In this document: one piece after another, positions 21,422 through 30,580 of the stretch
Position numbering within the stretch: position 1 is the stretch's first letter
Layout of the letters: each line of letters opens with the position of its first letter
Source of the DNA: a virus
Direction: 5' to 3' (one strand)
DNA length: 64,000 nucleotides
Virus record (IMG/VR): IMGVR_UViG_3300034095_000254
The notes under the pieces: generated by a model
What the model was told of the DNA's origin: nothing
The model's input: only the letters and a program-made list of their open reading frames with translations
Database searches by the model: none
Made by a program: the position numbers and the translations under genes

Positions 21422-24400
21422 TACGCTGCTTTCGGAGGAATAGTGTCTAACAATACGAATCCAGAAGGAATACCCTTAGAATCTCGTTTATAAACTTTAT
21501 CATTTACCATAGTGAATGCTTGTTTTCTTCCACCCTTTGATTTAAAGGACACATGGATCCAACATGATTCTGGGAAACGATACTCTAAAATTAACTGGTC
21601 GTATGGAAGGATCTTTTCGAGTTGTTGAATAAACTCGTATGTTTTGCCATATTTGTCTGGAAGCATAATACCGATATCTAATGCTTGTCCTTTACAATGG
21701 TCTGATGTTGGCGACTCATTGGCAACAACACCCTTTAGACGATAACCTGAGTTAATCTTCCACTGTTTCTTATATCCACCAATACCACCTGGAAGAACAT
21801 TTACTGCTGGCTCAAGAAGATTCTGGCAGGTCAGGGCAAGATTACATACAATTTCCTGAGCAGTGTATAATCTTTCTGGTGCATCTTTACTATCTTTAAG
21901 CATTTGGTCAACAAGTTTATGTTTACCACCAACACCACCATCCATTAACATTCCAAGAGTAAAGTTCTGTGACATTCTAAAGTCATTTGTAAACTCTTTA
22001 GATGCGTAGATAATATCGCAACTAACTGGAACTGTCGTGGTAGAACCACCTGATGGTTTTGGTGCTTCTTCTGTGGCAATTGGTATTGGTGCACCAATAA
22101 CACCTTCTTTTCTACTAGTCTCTGCAGATGCTGCACGACCTTCTGGTGTATCAAAGTCATCTGGAGTTTCAGCAACAGTTTTTTCTTCGAACTGTCTTTC
22201 TGGTGGAATAGCAAAAGGAACAACTGGAGATATTGGATTACCCACTGGTGGTGGAGTTAAGTCTACCTCAGGTGTAACAATAGTTTCGCTACCAGCTGCA
22301 CCATTACCAAATTGACCTTCAGCATAATCTGCGGATAATGTTCCACCTGCAAGGATATCCATACTACCACTTGATTGAAGATTAACTGTGGCACCAAATA
22401 GATTAAATCCTTCATCTGCAGCAACTGAAACTGCAGAACCATTTATAGCATAATTAGTGTCTGCTCTTTGGTTAATATTTGCAGCTTGAATATCAATATC
22501 ACCAACTGCTTTAATGAGGATGTCGCCACCTGCAGACATGTAGATGTCATTGGCAACACCGATGTCTAGATTTTGTCCAACAGTAAGGGTAGCATTTTGT
22601 TCAACTTGAATATTGGCATCTGTTCGAGCATAGATGTTTGCATTGCCACTTACGGTAATGTTTAATTCACCAGCTACTGATAAACAACCATTTCTTTCCA
22701 TGACAACAAAGTTATCTCCAACAATGAAATTTACCTGTGTTCCGTTTGGATCAATTTCACTGAATGTTCCAGATCTATGGTAAGTGTTTATTCTTTCATA
22801 TCCTGGAGTATCATCAAATTCTTGTAGATGACCAGATTCTGTTTCAAGCACTTTGTTAAATGGATACTTTGCTCCATATGGTGCTTCTGGCTGATCCCAT
22901 GTTCCATTGTCAAGTGCTTTTGGTACACCCAACTTACGGATGGCATCTTTCTTCTTAATAACTGTGCCTTCAATAATACCACGAGCAAGACGATTTGTAT
23001 CTGGCTCTCCAATGTATTCTTTTAGAGGATACTTGTTATTTGGATCTCTAAATCCAGTTGTACCAGAACCACTGCTGATAGATTCAGGCGATGGTTGTGG
23101 TGTTGTAACAATACCTACTGGTGGTTTATCTGGAATCGGTGGATTTGCATCTTTCTCTGGAGCACCAACATCTGGTGACTGTCCGTAGAAGTATTCGTAG
23201 TATGATTTCTTTCTTGCTGAAATGTCAGGTGAGTTTACACCAACTGCTTGTTTCGCTGCAAGGAAATATCCAGGATGGTCATTAGTATTAACACCCTTTG
23301 GCACTCTGTCTTTAATATACAATGCAGCAACCAATGCTGATACATTAATGTCAGCATCAAGTGAGTCTGGATTATTGACAATGTCAAGATTCAATCCCAT
23401 GGCATTGGCGAGTTTTTGATATCTTGTGTAGTTTGATTTACCAGTTAGCTGAATAAATCCACGACCAAAATACTTACCACCATCTGCATCTGTTTGATTA
23501 CCAAGGAATCCTTTTCCTCGTTTTGTTGGACCATATGCCCATGAGAAAAATTCTGCTCTTGTTAATCCTCGTTTTTGAGCATTGGCATACTTAGCAATAT
23601 CTTCTGGAGTGGCAAATGAATAAATTGTTTTAAGACGAGCCTCAGAATAATTGTATGCTTCTAACTGAGGAATCCAAGTGCTCTCACCACCAGCAATACC
23701 AAGCAATGCACACTTCTGTTCTTTAGTGGTTAATCCAACTTTATCACAAGCTGCAATTAATGCTTTAATACCTTCTGATGATTTGTTTGGATTACTTGAG
23801 GACTTCGCTGGAGGTATAGTAGGGATTGATACATTACTAGCTGTAGCTTTTACAGGATTTGCACTAGTGCCTGTAACTACTGGAGTCCCATCGCTGGTAA
23901 CTAGATTAGTGACTCTACTTTCAGCAACAGCAGCAAGGTTTGTTGGTGCAGCTTGAAACTTTACAATATTCTCTTGATAGTTTACAACTGGATTACTTAC
24001 TGTAATTCTAGTTCCACTATCAACAGAAACAATAAAGGTATCAGATGGAAGACCAAATGCCAATACTTTCATATTGGCTCTTAAATCTTTGGTTAAAGTA
24101 GTTGATCCCGTATCTTTATCGTAGAAAGTTAATTGTGTTCCATTTGTTGGACCAGGAATAGTTCTTAGTTCTAGGTTTTCAATTTTACCACCAGAACCGA
24201 TAGGTGCGTCATCTTCTTGATCAATCGGTGCTGGCGCAGAAGGAATACCACCAACAGTACCAATCATAATTGGTTGTTGGTTATCGTCATCAGCAAATAT
24301 GATAATTACGGAAGTGCCTTCAACTGGACCAATCGGAGATGATCCAATACCATTCATTGCAGCAGAAGTAACTGACTGCATTGGGTGTGCCCATGGCAAA

Positions 24401-24516
24401 TCTGCAGTAGGAAGCTGTGATTTATCGTGAGTGTGTAATCCAACTACTCGGACTTGACAACGACCAAGTTTTAATGGATCACTTCTATTTTCTACGACAC
24501 CATAGTGAAAATTCAT
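21421..24516 (-). CDS. Central spike gp5 with GH19-like lysozyme insert and C-terminal peptidase M15-like domain
   Basis: GVVENRSDPLKLGRCQVRV (OB fold); GRGFIQLTGKSNY; ETESGHLQEFDDTPGYERI; INSGYR...SDHCKGQALDI...WIHVS. Confidence 0.88.
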   Translation of the reverse strand: MNFHYGVVENRSDPLKLGRCQVRVVGLHTHDKSQLPTADLPWAHPMQSVTSAAMNGIGSSPIGPVEGTSVIIIFADDDNQQPIMIGTVGGIPSAPAPIDQEDDAPIGSGGKIENLELRTIPGPTNGTQLTFYDKDTGSTTLTKDLRANMKVLAFGLPSDTFIVSVDSGTRITVSNPVVNYQENIVKFQAAPTNLAAVAESRVTNLVTSDGTPVVTGTSANPVKATASNVSIPTIPPAKSSSNPNKSSEGIKALIAACDKVGLTTKEQKCALLGIAGGESTWIPQLEAYNYSEARLKTIYSFATPEDIAKYANAQKRGLTRAEFFSWAYGPTKRGKGFLGNQTDADGGKYFGRGFIQLTGKSNYTRYQKLANAMGLNLDIVNNPDSLDADINVSALVAALYIKDRVPKGVNTNDHPGYFLAAKQAVGVNSPDISARKKSYYEYFYGQSPDVGAPEKDANPPIPDKPPVGIVTTPQPSPESISSGSGTTGFRDPNNKYPLKEYIGEPDTNRLARGIIEGTVIKKKDAIRKLGVPKALDNGTWDQPEAPYGAKYPFNKVLETESGHLQEFDDTPGYERINTYHRSGTFSEIDPNGTQVNFIVGDNFVVMERNGCLSVAGELNITVSGNANIYARTDANIQVEQNATLTVGQNLDIGVANDIYMSAGGDILIKAVGDIDIQAANINQRADTNYAINGSAVSVAADEGFNLFGATVNLQSSGSMDILAGGTLSADYAEGQFGNGAAGSETIVTPEVDLTPPPVGNPISPVVPFAIPPERQFEEKTVAETPDDFDTPEGRAASAETSRKEGVIGAPIPIATEEAPKPSGGSTTTVPVSCDIIYASKEFTNDFRMSQNFTLGMLMDGGVGGKHKLVDQMLKDSKDAPERLYTAQEIVCNLALTCQNLLEPAVNVLPGGIGGYKKQWKINSGYRLKGVVANESPTSDHCKGQALDIGIMLPDKYGKTYEFIQQLEKILPYDQLILEYRFPESCWIHVSFKSKGGRKQAFTMVNDKVYKRDSKGIPSGFVLLDTIPPKAA

Positions 24517-25793
24517 TATTTGTTCCTATTCATATCCATTTGCGATGATTCTTTAATTAGCTCCATATAACACTCATGCTTTTCTCTGTCTACATAATGA
24601 TTAATGGCAGCAATAATATAATACCCTGAAAACATTTTGTCAGTGATATCTTTATCTTTTGGAGATAGTGGTTCTATTCTATTTAATACCACACCAACTT
24701 TTTGTCCAACAGTGTAATCAGTTCTTCCTGGAACTGTAATACTAATTTTATTGGCTTCTGCCAATTTCATTAAAGATGCTCGTTCTTGAAAAGTCTTTGA
24801 GTTAGTGACATCTCCAAACCCATTAAAATTACCGTAGTCTTTAGGGTAATTAATAAGAGTGGAGTTTGATCTAAAGATTGCTTTATTGGAGTTGACTGGA
24901 TACTTGTTTAAATGTTTTTGTTGTTCAAATCTTTGGAACATGTTATAGTTTTTAACTGAATATGTTTTCTTTGTAACATCATACATAATCTGTCTTGATG
25001 ATAACATACCATTGCGGATTCTATCCATGTAATCGTATGCTACTGGAATACTGATATCTGTAATTCTTTTATAATCTTCATTCACATTTCTAACATCACC
25101 ACCATTGGGTAATTTATCACGACTATATTTGTCATATGTGAATTCTTGGAATGGTTTGGTCTGATATAGTGTCTCTAAACTTATAAAATAAAACCCATCT
25201 CTGTTCTCAAAGAAAACATAGTTCGGTGTCTTATTCATATTCACTGCTTGCTCACAAAGATACATAATGTTCTTAATGGGAGACCAGTAATTTGAAATGT
25301 ATTTTACATTGGAAAGAGTTGGTTCTATATGAACTTTCTTCTCACTCTCTAGACCAATAATTTTATCTTTAATAAATGGTGTGACTAATTCAGAAACTTT
25401 ATTACCGAACACACGACTAATCTTTTTATTAAGATCTGCAACTGCTTCAGTAGATACAAAATGTATCTGGTAAATAACAGAACGATCACCAAGCAGTTCT
25501 CTATCAGTTAATTTGTAAATATAATATTTACCTTTGATAGAACTACCCTTTAATGCAGGTGTGGTGATATCTATCTCAACATACTCTTCACCAATAAACG
25601 GAAACAGATTAATAAGATCCAATGATTCTTTTATAATGATACTACCAGTTATAAATGGTGAGAAAATATCTTCATAAAATTGAACAGTTAAAACTTGTCC
25701 AGTGATGTCTTGATAAAATCCCTTCGGGGTAATTATCTGAACTTTATTAATGCTGACATCGCCAGCAAACCTCAATTGTTGACTAGATTTCAT
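24516..25793 (-). CDS. Baseplate hub/tail protein (gp27-like position)
   Basis: YEDIFSPFITG, FFENRDGFYF, FSGYYIIAAINH; lies between gp53 and gp5. Confidence 0.7.
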   Translation of the reverse strand: MKSSQQLRFAGDVSINKVQIITPKGFYQDITGQVLTVQFYEDIFSPFITGSIIIKESLDLINLFPFIGEEYVEIDITTPALKGSSIKGKYYIYKLTDRELLGDRSVIYQIHFVSTEAVADLNKKISRVFGNKVSELVTPFIKDKIIGLESEKKVHIEPTLSNVKYISNYWSPIKNIMYLCEQAVNMNKTPNYVFFENRDGFYFISLETLYQTKPFQEFTYDKYSRDKLPNGGDVRNVNEDYKRITDISIPVAYDYMDRIRNGMLSSRQIMYDVTKKTYSVKNYNMFQRFEQQKHLNKYPVNSNKAIFRSNSTLINYPKDYGNFNGFGDVTNSKTFQERASLMKLAEANKISITVPGRTDYTVGQKVGVVLNRIEPLSPKDKDITDKMFSGYYIIAAINHYVDREKHECYMELIKESSQMDMNRNK

Positions 25794-26284
25794 TACAATA
25801 ATTCTTTATATTGTGTCAGTATAGTTGATATAACCTGTGGAGAAATTACTTTAATTCTTCTTTTTGATTCATTGAGTGCTCTCTCGAAATCATCATTTGA
25901 TACTGATACAGCACCAGTAGCAGTAGAGTTTACAACAAACCCTGCAGCGTTTACATAGTGGCGAATTGCATATCTCTGAGCACCATAAGTTGCTACGATA
26001 TGTTTTACCAGTGCTTGTTCTGATAAAGGAAAGTCAGAAATGTAATCGTGTTTCTGATTTGCCAACATAATAATCCAGTGATATTCTGGATCACCATATA
26101 TCTTTTCAGCAACAATTTCTGGAGTCTCTCCATCGACAATATCATACTCATCGAATAGAGTTACATTTTCTAATACTTCTTTACGGAAACGAACATTCCT
26201 AGTGATGTCAGTTACAACTGTAGTTTTAGTTGTGTTTCCGTATTTGAAGTCGTATAAAAACTGTGGGAATTCTTTAAAATACAT
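25793..26284 (-). CDS. Baseplate wedge gp53
   Basis: MYFKEFP, YDIVDGETPEIVAEKIYGDPEYHWIIMLAN. Confidence 0.9.
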   Translation of the reverse strand: MYFKEFPQFLYDFKYGNTTKTTVVTDITRNVRFRKEVLENVTLFDEYDIVDGETPEIVAEKIYGDPEYHWIIMLANQKHDYISDFPLSEQALVKHIVATYGAQRYAIRHYVNAAGFVVNSTATGAVSVSNDDFERALNESKRRIKVISPQVISTILTQYKELL

Positions 26285-27405
26285 TATAGACCATCCGCAA
26301 TTTTGTCTTTGGTTAGTAGAGCCAATTCTCTAAAGTTCATGGTAACATTAATCTGTGTTGGCATACCATTATCAAATGTAGTAAATGCACCATTCGGTGT
26401 ATAGTTTACATTCATCTCAGTTAATACGCATGAGGTATGGCGATGTAGATTTTGGTTTTCTTGACCATTTTGATAGTAGAAAATATCAAACTCAGATGGG
26501 TAGATATAAACAAAATTGTTATTATCTTTAAACTCTGGGTGCATATGGTATTTAAATGTTTTAATAATATTCAAAACATTGGCAGCTTCAGTGGAACTTC
26601 TTGGGAAGAATTGATAATCAAAAGCAAATGTTCTGAAATCTACACCCTTAAAGATTTGTTCCTTTTTAGGATTTGCAGCAAGACCAGTAGCTGCAGATAG
26701 TCCTGGACCTTTTGATAAAGCCAAATTAGTAATAATTGCTTTTCCTGGTTCTGATAAGTTTTTAGCATCTCCTTTACTAACAGCATTTATTAACTCTTGA
26801 GATGCAGATGTAGCCATTTGTAAAGCACCAGTATCTTCGTCACCCCACTGCATTCCATATCGAATGGATAATTGATTTGGCACATGCATGGCAATAGCAG
26901 TTTTTAATCTTTTTTGCGCACGAGTCGCAGATGCAGCCAGTGAAGCAGTAGCTGCTGCACCGATAGTTGCCAATGCTGCAGCTGAAGTGCTAAGTTCACC
27001 AACACCAAGTGCCTTACCTAAAACTGCACCACCAGCATTTAAAGCAGCAGAGCCAGCAAACAACTTTCCAGTTGTTAAGTTTTGTGCGATTAAATCTCCA
27101 CGATCTCTTGGAGTGATGTTAGCTACAAAATTATCTGAAGTTAAAGAATTTGCTAGTTTAGAATCTATTGCAATATTGATATAAAATATAACATAGTTAC
27201 CACCATACTTTCCACCAGCAGCAAGCAAATCCTCAGGATACATGTGTTGTTTAACCTCATAAGGAGACGCTTCGGCACTCCCTTTATGTAGTTCTGCTCC
27301 TCTAGTACTACCCATATTTGGTGGGCGACTAAGCGAAGTTGCTTTATTTTGAAGAGCCGAAGCAGCAGAAACTGCCTTATCTCTAATGTCTGAAAGGAGT
27401 GCCAT
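26284..27405 (-). CDS. Baseplate tail-tube cap gp48
   Basis: NPKKEQIFKGVDFRTFAFDYQFFPRS, CVLTEMNVNYTP. Confidence 0.85.
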   Translation of the reverse strand: MALLSDIRDKAVSAASALQNKATSLSRPPNMGSTRGAELHKGSAEASPYEVKQHMYPEDLLAAGGKYGGNYVIFYINIAIDSKLANSLTSDNFVANITPRDRGDLIAQNLTTGKLFAGSAALNAGGAVLGKALGVGELSTSAAALATIGAAATASLAASATRAQKRLKTAIAMHVPNQLSIRYGMQWGDEDTGALQMATSASQELINAVSKGDAKNLSEPGKAIITNLALSKGPGLSAATGLAANPKKEQIFKGVDFRTFAFDYQFFPRSSTEAANVLNIIKTFKYHMHPEFKDNNNFVYIYPSEFDIFYYQNGQENQNLHRHTSCVLTEMNVNYTPNGAFTTFDNGMPTQINVTMNFRELALLTKDKIADGL

Positions 27406-27419
27406 TTGTTGTCTTTACC

Positions 27420-27456
27420 CTAAATATGGTTATTATTATCCTAATTAGTTATTTAT
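27420..27456. promoter_or_regulatory. Divergent T4-type late promoters (TAAATA on both strands)
   Basis: CTAAATA (+) at 27420 and ATAAATA (-) at 27450-27456. The same motif precedes genes at 12913, 20644, 27879, 29244, 38348, 39753, 42901 and 59646. Confidence 0.65.
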
Positions 27457-27886
27457 GTTCCACAAGAGAAAGTATATTCCTATATTCCCAGAAAAATATA
27501 CAGGGGATCCTTCAAACATTATTATGAGATCCAGCTGGGAAACCAGATTCGCTTCTTGGTGCGATAAGAATCCTAGTGTATTGAAGTGGAATTCAGAAGA
27601 AACGATTATACCCTACAAGTGTCCAACGGATAATCGTATTCATCGTTATTTCGTGGATTTTAAGATTACCGTAACTACAGGTAAAACCTATCTGGTCGAA
27701 GTTAAACCAAAAACACAAACCCAACCACCTATTTATCCTGGAAAGAGAACCCAACGATACTTGCAAGAGTCTTTAGCGTTTATGAAGAACCAAGCAAAGT
27801 GGGAAGCAGCAAGCGAATTTGCCAAAGATAGAGGATGGGAGTTCAAAATTATAACTGAACACGAGTTGGGTCTAGCACCTAAATAA
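27455..27886 (+). CDS. Head completion nuclease gp4
   Basis: KYTGDP..IIMRSSWE, HRYFVDF, EVKPK, NQAKWEAA. Confidence 0.92.
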   Translation: MFHKRKYIPIFPEKYTGDPSNIIMRSSWETRFASWCDKNPSVLKWNSEETIIPYKCPTDNRIHRYFVDFKITVTTGKTYLVEVKPKTQTQPPIYPGKRTQRYLQESLAFMKNQAKWEAASEFAKDRGWEFKIITEHELGLAPK

Positions 27887-27890
27887 GAGT

Positions 27891-28493
27891 ATGGCTAAAA
27901 ATTCAACAATGCTCGATGTATTCGAACGAAACAAATATGACTTGGCAACCACTGTCAGAAAGTCTAAGGGATGGTTCGACCAACAAGTCACTCTGTTGAC
28001 TAAGCAACAACTTACCCCAGCAAGAGTGTTAAGTGGAAATACTGATGATTTGGTGACTAGAATCATGCCTGGAAGATTATACATGTATGGCTATGATCCT
28101 AAAGGTAAGAAAGATCTACCATACTATGACAGATTCCCTTTGGTGTTTCCATTCAGTAGGACTCCAGATGGGTTTATGGGATTAAATATGCATTACCTTC
28201 CATATCATTTAAGGATTAGACTCCTTGATGCTTTGTTGGTGTTTAAATCTAACAATCGTATGGACGAAACAACTAGGTTAAAATATTCATGGCAAGTTAT
28301 AGATGGTATTTCTAGGTTTGCAGCTGCACAACCTTGTGTTAAGCAATACTTAACTGGTCATGTAAGAACACAATTTAGACAAATCAATGCTGATGATTGG
28401 GCAACTGCTATGTTGCTTCCAGTTGAACGATTTGTCGGAGCATCTAAACAAGAAATATGGTCGGATTCGATCAAGAAAATGAGAAGGGTTTAA
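27891..28493 (+). CDS. DNA end protector gp2
   Basis: YDPKGKKDLPYYDRFPLV, GLNMHYLP, CVKQYL. Confidence 0.9.
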   Translation: MAKNSTMLDVFERNKYDLATTVRKSKGWFDQQVTLLTKQQLTPARVLSGNTDDLVTRIMPGRLYMYGYDPKGKKDLPYYDRFPLVFPFSRTPDGFMGLNMHYLPYHLRIRLLDALLVFKSNNRMDETTRLKYSWQVIDGISRFAAAQPCVKQYLTGHVRTQFRQINADDWATAMLLPVERFVGASKQEIWSDSIKKMRRV

Positions 28494-28494
28494 A

Positions 28495-29244
28495 ATGCCA
28501 CTTAATTTGCCATTCCTTACTAAAGACACTGCAAGGAAAGACGCTAAACAAAATAAAATCAACCAGTTTATTTCTGAAGTTAAAACTGGAGCACTAGCTC
28601 GATCTAATAGATTTGGAGTAGAGTTTAGTCCACCTGCTGGAATAAATCCAGGTAATCTTAGAAAAATTCTATTGTTTTGCGACACTGTTCAACTTCCAGG
28701 TATTAACTATTCAACTGTACAAAATAGAACCTTCGGTGAATTCCGTGAAGTGCCGTATGAAAAACTATATGAGCCAATCAATCTAACTTTCTATGTTGAT
28801 AATGACATGCAAGTTAAAAAGTTATTTGATGACTGGATGAGTTTAATCTCTGATCCCAACACAAGAACTTATAGTTACTATAACACTTATATTGCAACTA
28901 AATTTGTTATCGAGGTTCAAGACATTAATGATAAAACAAGATATCAAGTTGAATTGTTCGAAGCCTATCCTAAAAATGTGAATGCAGTTTCGTTGGATAA
29001 TGCTTCTAAAGATGTCATGAAACTAACTGTGAATATGCAGTACAAATATTGGACGGCAACTCCAGTAACACAACTGGCAGATGATCAAAAGATTCCTACT
29101 AGTTTCATTGATAAACTAACTAGAAATTTTACAGGATTCCAAGAAACATTGAATAGAACACTAGGTTCAACAGCTGGTAACTTTGTCACTGGTTCTGTTC
29201 TATCGTACGGAGTTACAAGACTTCCAGGATTATTGAAGTTCTAA
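28495..29244 (+). CDS. Tail tube initiator/tube-fold protein (gp54-like)
   Basis: LARSNRF, CDTVQLPG, LFEAYP..V. Confidence 0.75.
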   Translation: MPLNLPFLTKDTARKDAKQNKINQFISEVKTGALARSNRFGVEFSPPAGINPGNLRKILLFCDTVQLPGINYSTVQNRTFGEFREVPYEKLYEPINLTFYVDNDMQVKKLFDDWMSLISDPNTRTYSYYNTYIATKFVIEVQDINDKTRYQVELFEAYPKNVNAVSLDNASKDVMKLTVNMQYKYWTATPVTQLADDQKIPTSFIDKLTRNFTGFQETLNRTLGSTAGNFVTGSVLSYGVTRLPGLLKF

Positions 29245-29268
29245 TAAATACATCATTAAGGATTGCGA

Positions 29269-29682
29269 ATGAAGATTGATGACACATTATCTGCCGAGTT
29301 TGGTATACAACCAATGGGCAACACTGAAGTGATAACAAAGACTGGAGAAGTTATTAACGACTCTACAAATAGAATACAAGATGACTTCGATATCACTCGA
29401 AACAATCTTCGTATATTATTGCAACAGGGACAGGAAGCACTACAGAAGTCACTCGATGTGGCTATGCAGTCTGAGCATCCAAGAGCATTTGAAGTTGTTG
29501 GAAATCTAATGAAGCAGTTGGCTGATATAAACCAACAGTTATTGGATCTACATCAACAGAAGCAAAAGCTGGATACACCTAAAGAGGGATCCAGAAAAGA
29601 AGTGACGAATAACAATGTTATCTTTACAGGTAGCACTGCTGAATTGAATAAGTTAATTAAGAATATGTCTAAAGGAGAATAA
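29269..29682 (+). CDS. Terminase small subunit gp16
   Basis: SEHPRAFEVVGNLMK, NNVIFTGSTAEL. Confidence 0.88.
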   Translation: MKIDDTLSAEFGIQPMGNTEVITKTGEVINDSTNRIQDDFDITRNNLRILLQQGQEALQKSLDVAMQSEHPRAFEVVGNLMKQLADINQQLLDLHQQKQKLDTPKEGSRKEVTNNNVIFTGSTAELNKLIKNMSKGE

Positions 29683-29684
29683 TT

Positions 29685-30404
29685 ATGGCTTTGCCTATGA
29701 ATAGTACACCAATTTATAATTTGGTGGTTCCATCAACTAAGAAGTCTGTGACATACAGACCATTTTTAGTTAAGGATCAAAAAGCACTTTTGGTTGCACA
29801 ACAAAGTGCTGATCAAAGGGTAATGATTGATACATTGAAGGAAGTTATTAAATCATGTATTACAGAATCTATTGATGTTAGTAAACTAGCGATCTTTGAC
29901 ATTGAGTATATCTTTACTCAGTTAAGATCCAAGTCAGTCGGTGAGACTGTTGATATTATTTTATCGTGTGATGAAGATCACGGATCAGATAATGAAAAGG
30001 CTAAGATTAAACATACAGTGGATCTTTCTGAAATCAAAGTTCAGGAAAAAGAAGGACACACTGATAAAATCGCACTGTTTGGTGATGTTGGTGTAGTTAT
30101 GAAGTATCCTAATATCGATGATATTAAAAAGCTACAAGGTGGAGCAGTAACGAATGAAGACACCTTTAAATTAGTGGCTGCGTCAATTGATTACATCTAT
30201 GATAACGATGCTGTTTATCATTCAAAGGATCAGACTGAACAAGAGCTAATGGATTTTATTAATAATCTAACATCTGAACAATTTGGCAAGATACAATCCT
30301 TCTTTGATACTATGCCAAAGATGACTCATACGATTAATTACAATTGTCCAGTTTGTGACAAGGCACATAAGATTGTCTTGGAGGGCATGGAAAGTTTTTT
30401 TTAA
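29685..30404 (+). CDS. Baseplate hub assembly protein gp26
   Basis: MALP, YRPFLVK, FDIEYIFTQLRSKSVGE, terminal CPVC...LEGMESFF. Confidence 0.88.
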   Translation: MALPMNSTPIYNLVVPSTKKSVTYRPFLVKDQKALLVAQQSADQRVMIDTLKEVIKSCITESIDVSKLAIFDIEYIFTQLRSKSVGETVDIILSCDEDHGSDNEKAKIKHTVDLSEIKVQEKEGHTDKIALFGDVGVVMKYPNIDDIKKLQGGAVTNEDTFKLVAASIDYIYDNDAVYHSKDQTEQELMDFINNLTSEQFGKIQSFFDTMPKMTHTINYNCPVCDKAHKIVLEGMESFF

Positions 30405-30580
30405 TAAACCTTTGTCATGACACTTTGGTGAATCATTATAAAATGAATTTTGCCTTATTGCAGTACCACAAATATGCTTTATCAGATATTGATAACATGT
30501 TACCGTTCGAGCGAGAGGTCTATGTCTTTATGTTAAAAGAATACTTAGAAGAAGAAAAGAAACGACTAGAGAGCAAATAA
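30401..30580 (+). CDS. gp51-like hub assembly segment (-1 frame relative to gp26; first ATG at 30443)
   Basis: LINLCHDTLVNHYKMNFALLQYHKYALSDIDNMLPFEREVY...; not in the ORF track. Confidence 0.75.
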   Translation, partial: LINLCHDTLVNHYKMNFALLQYHKYALSDIDNMLPFEREVYVFMLKEYLEEEKKRLESK

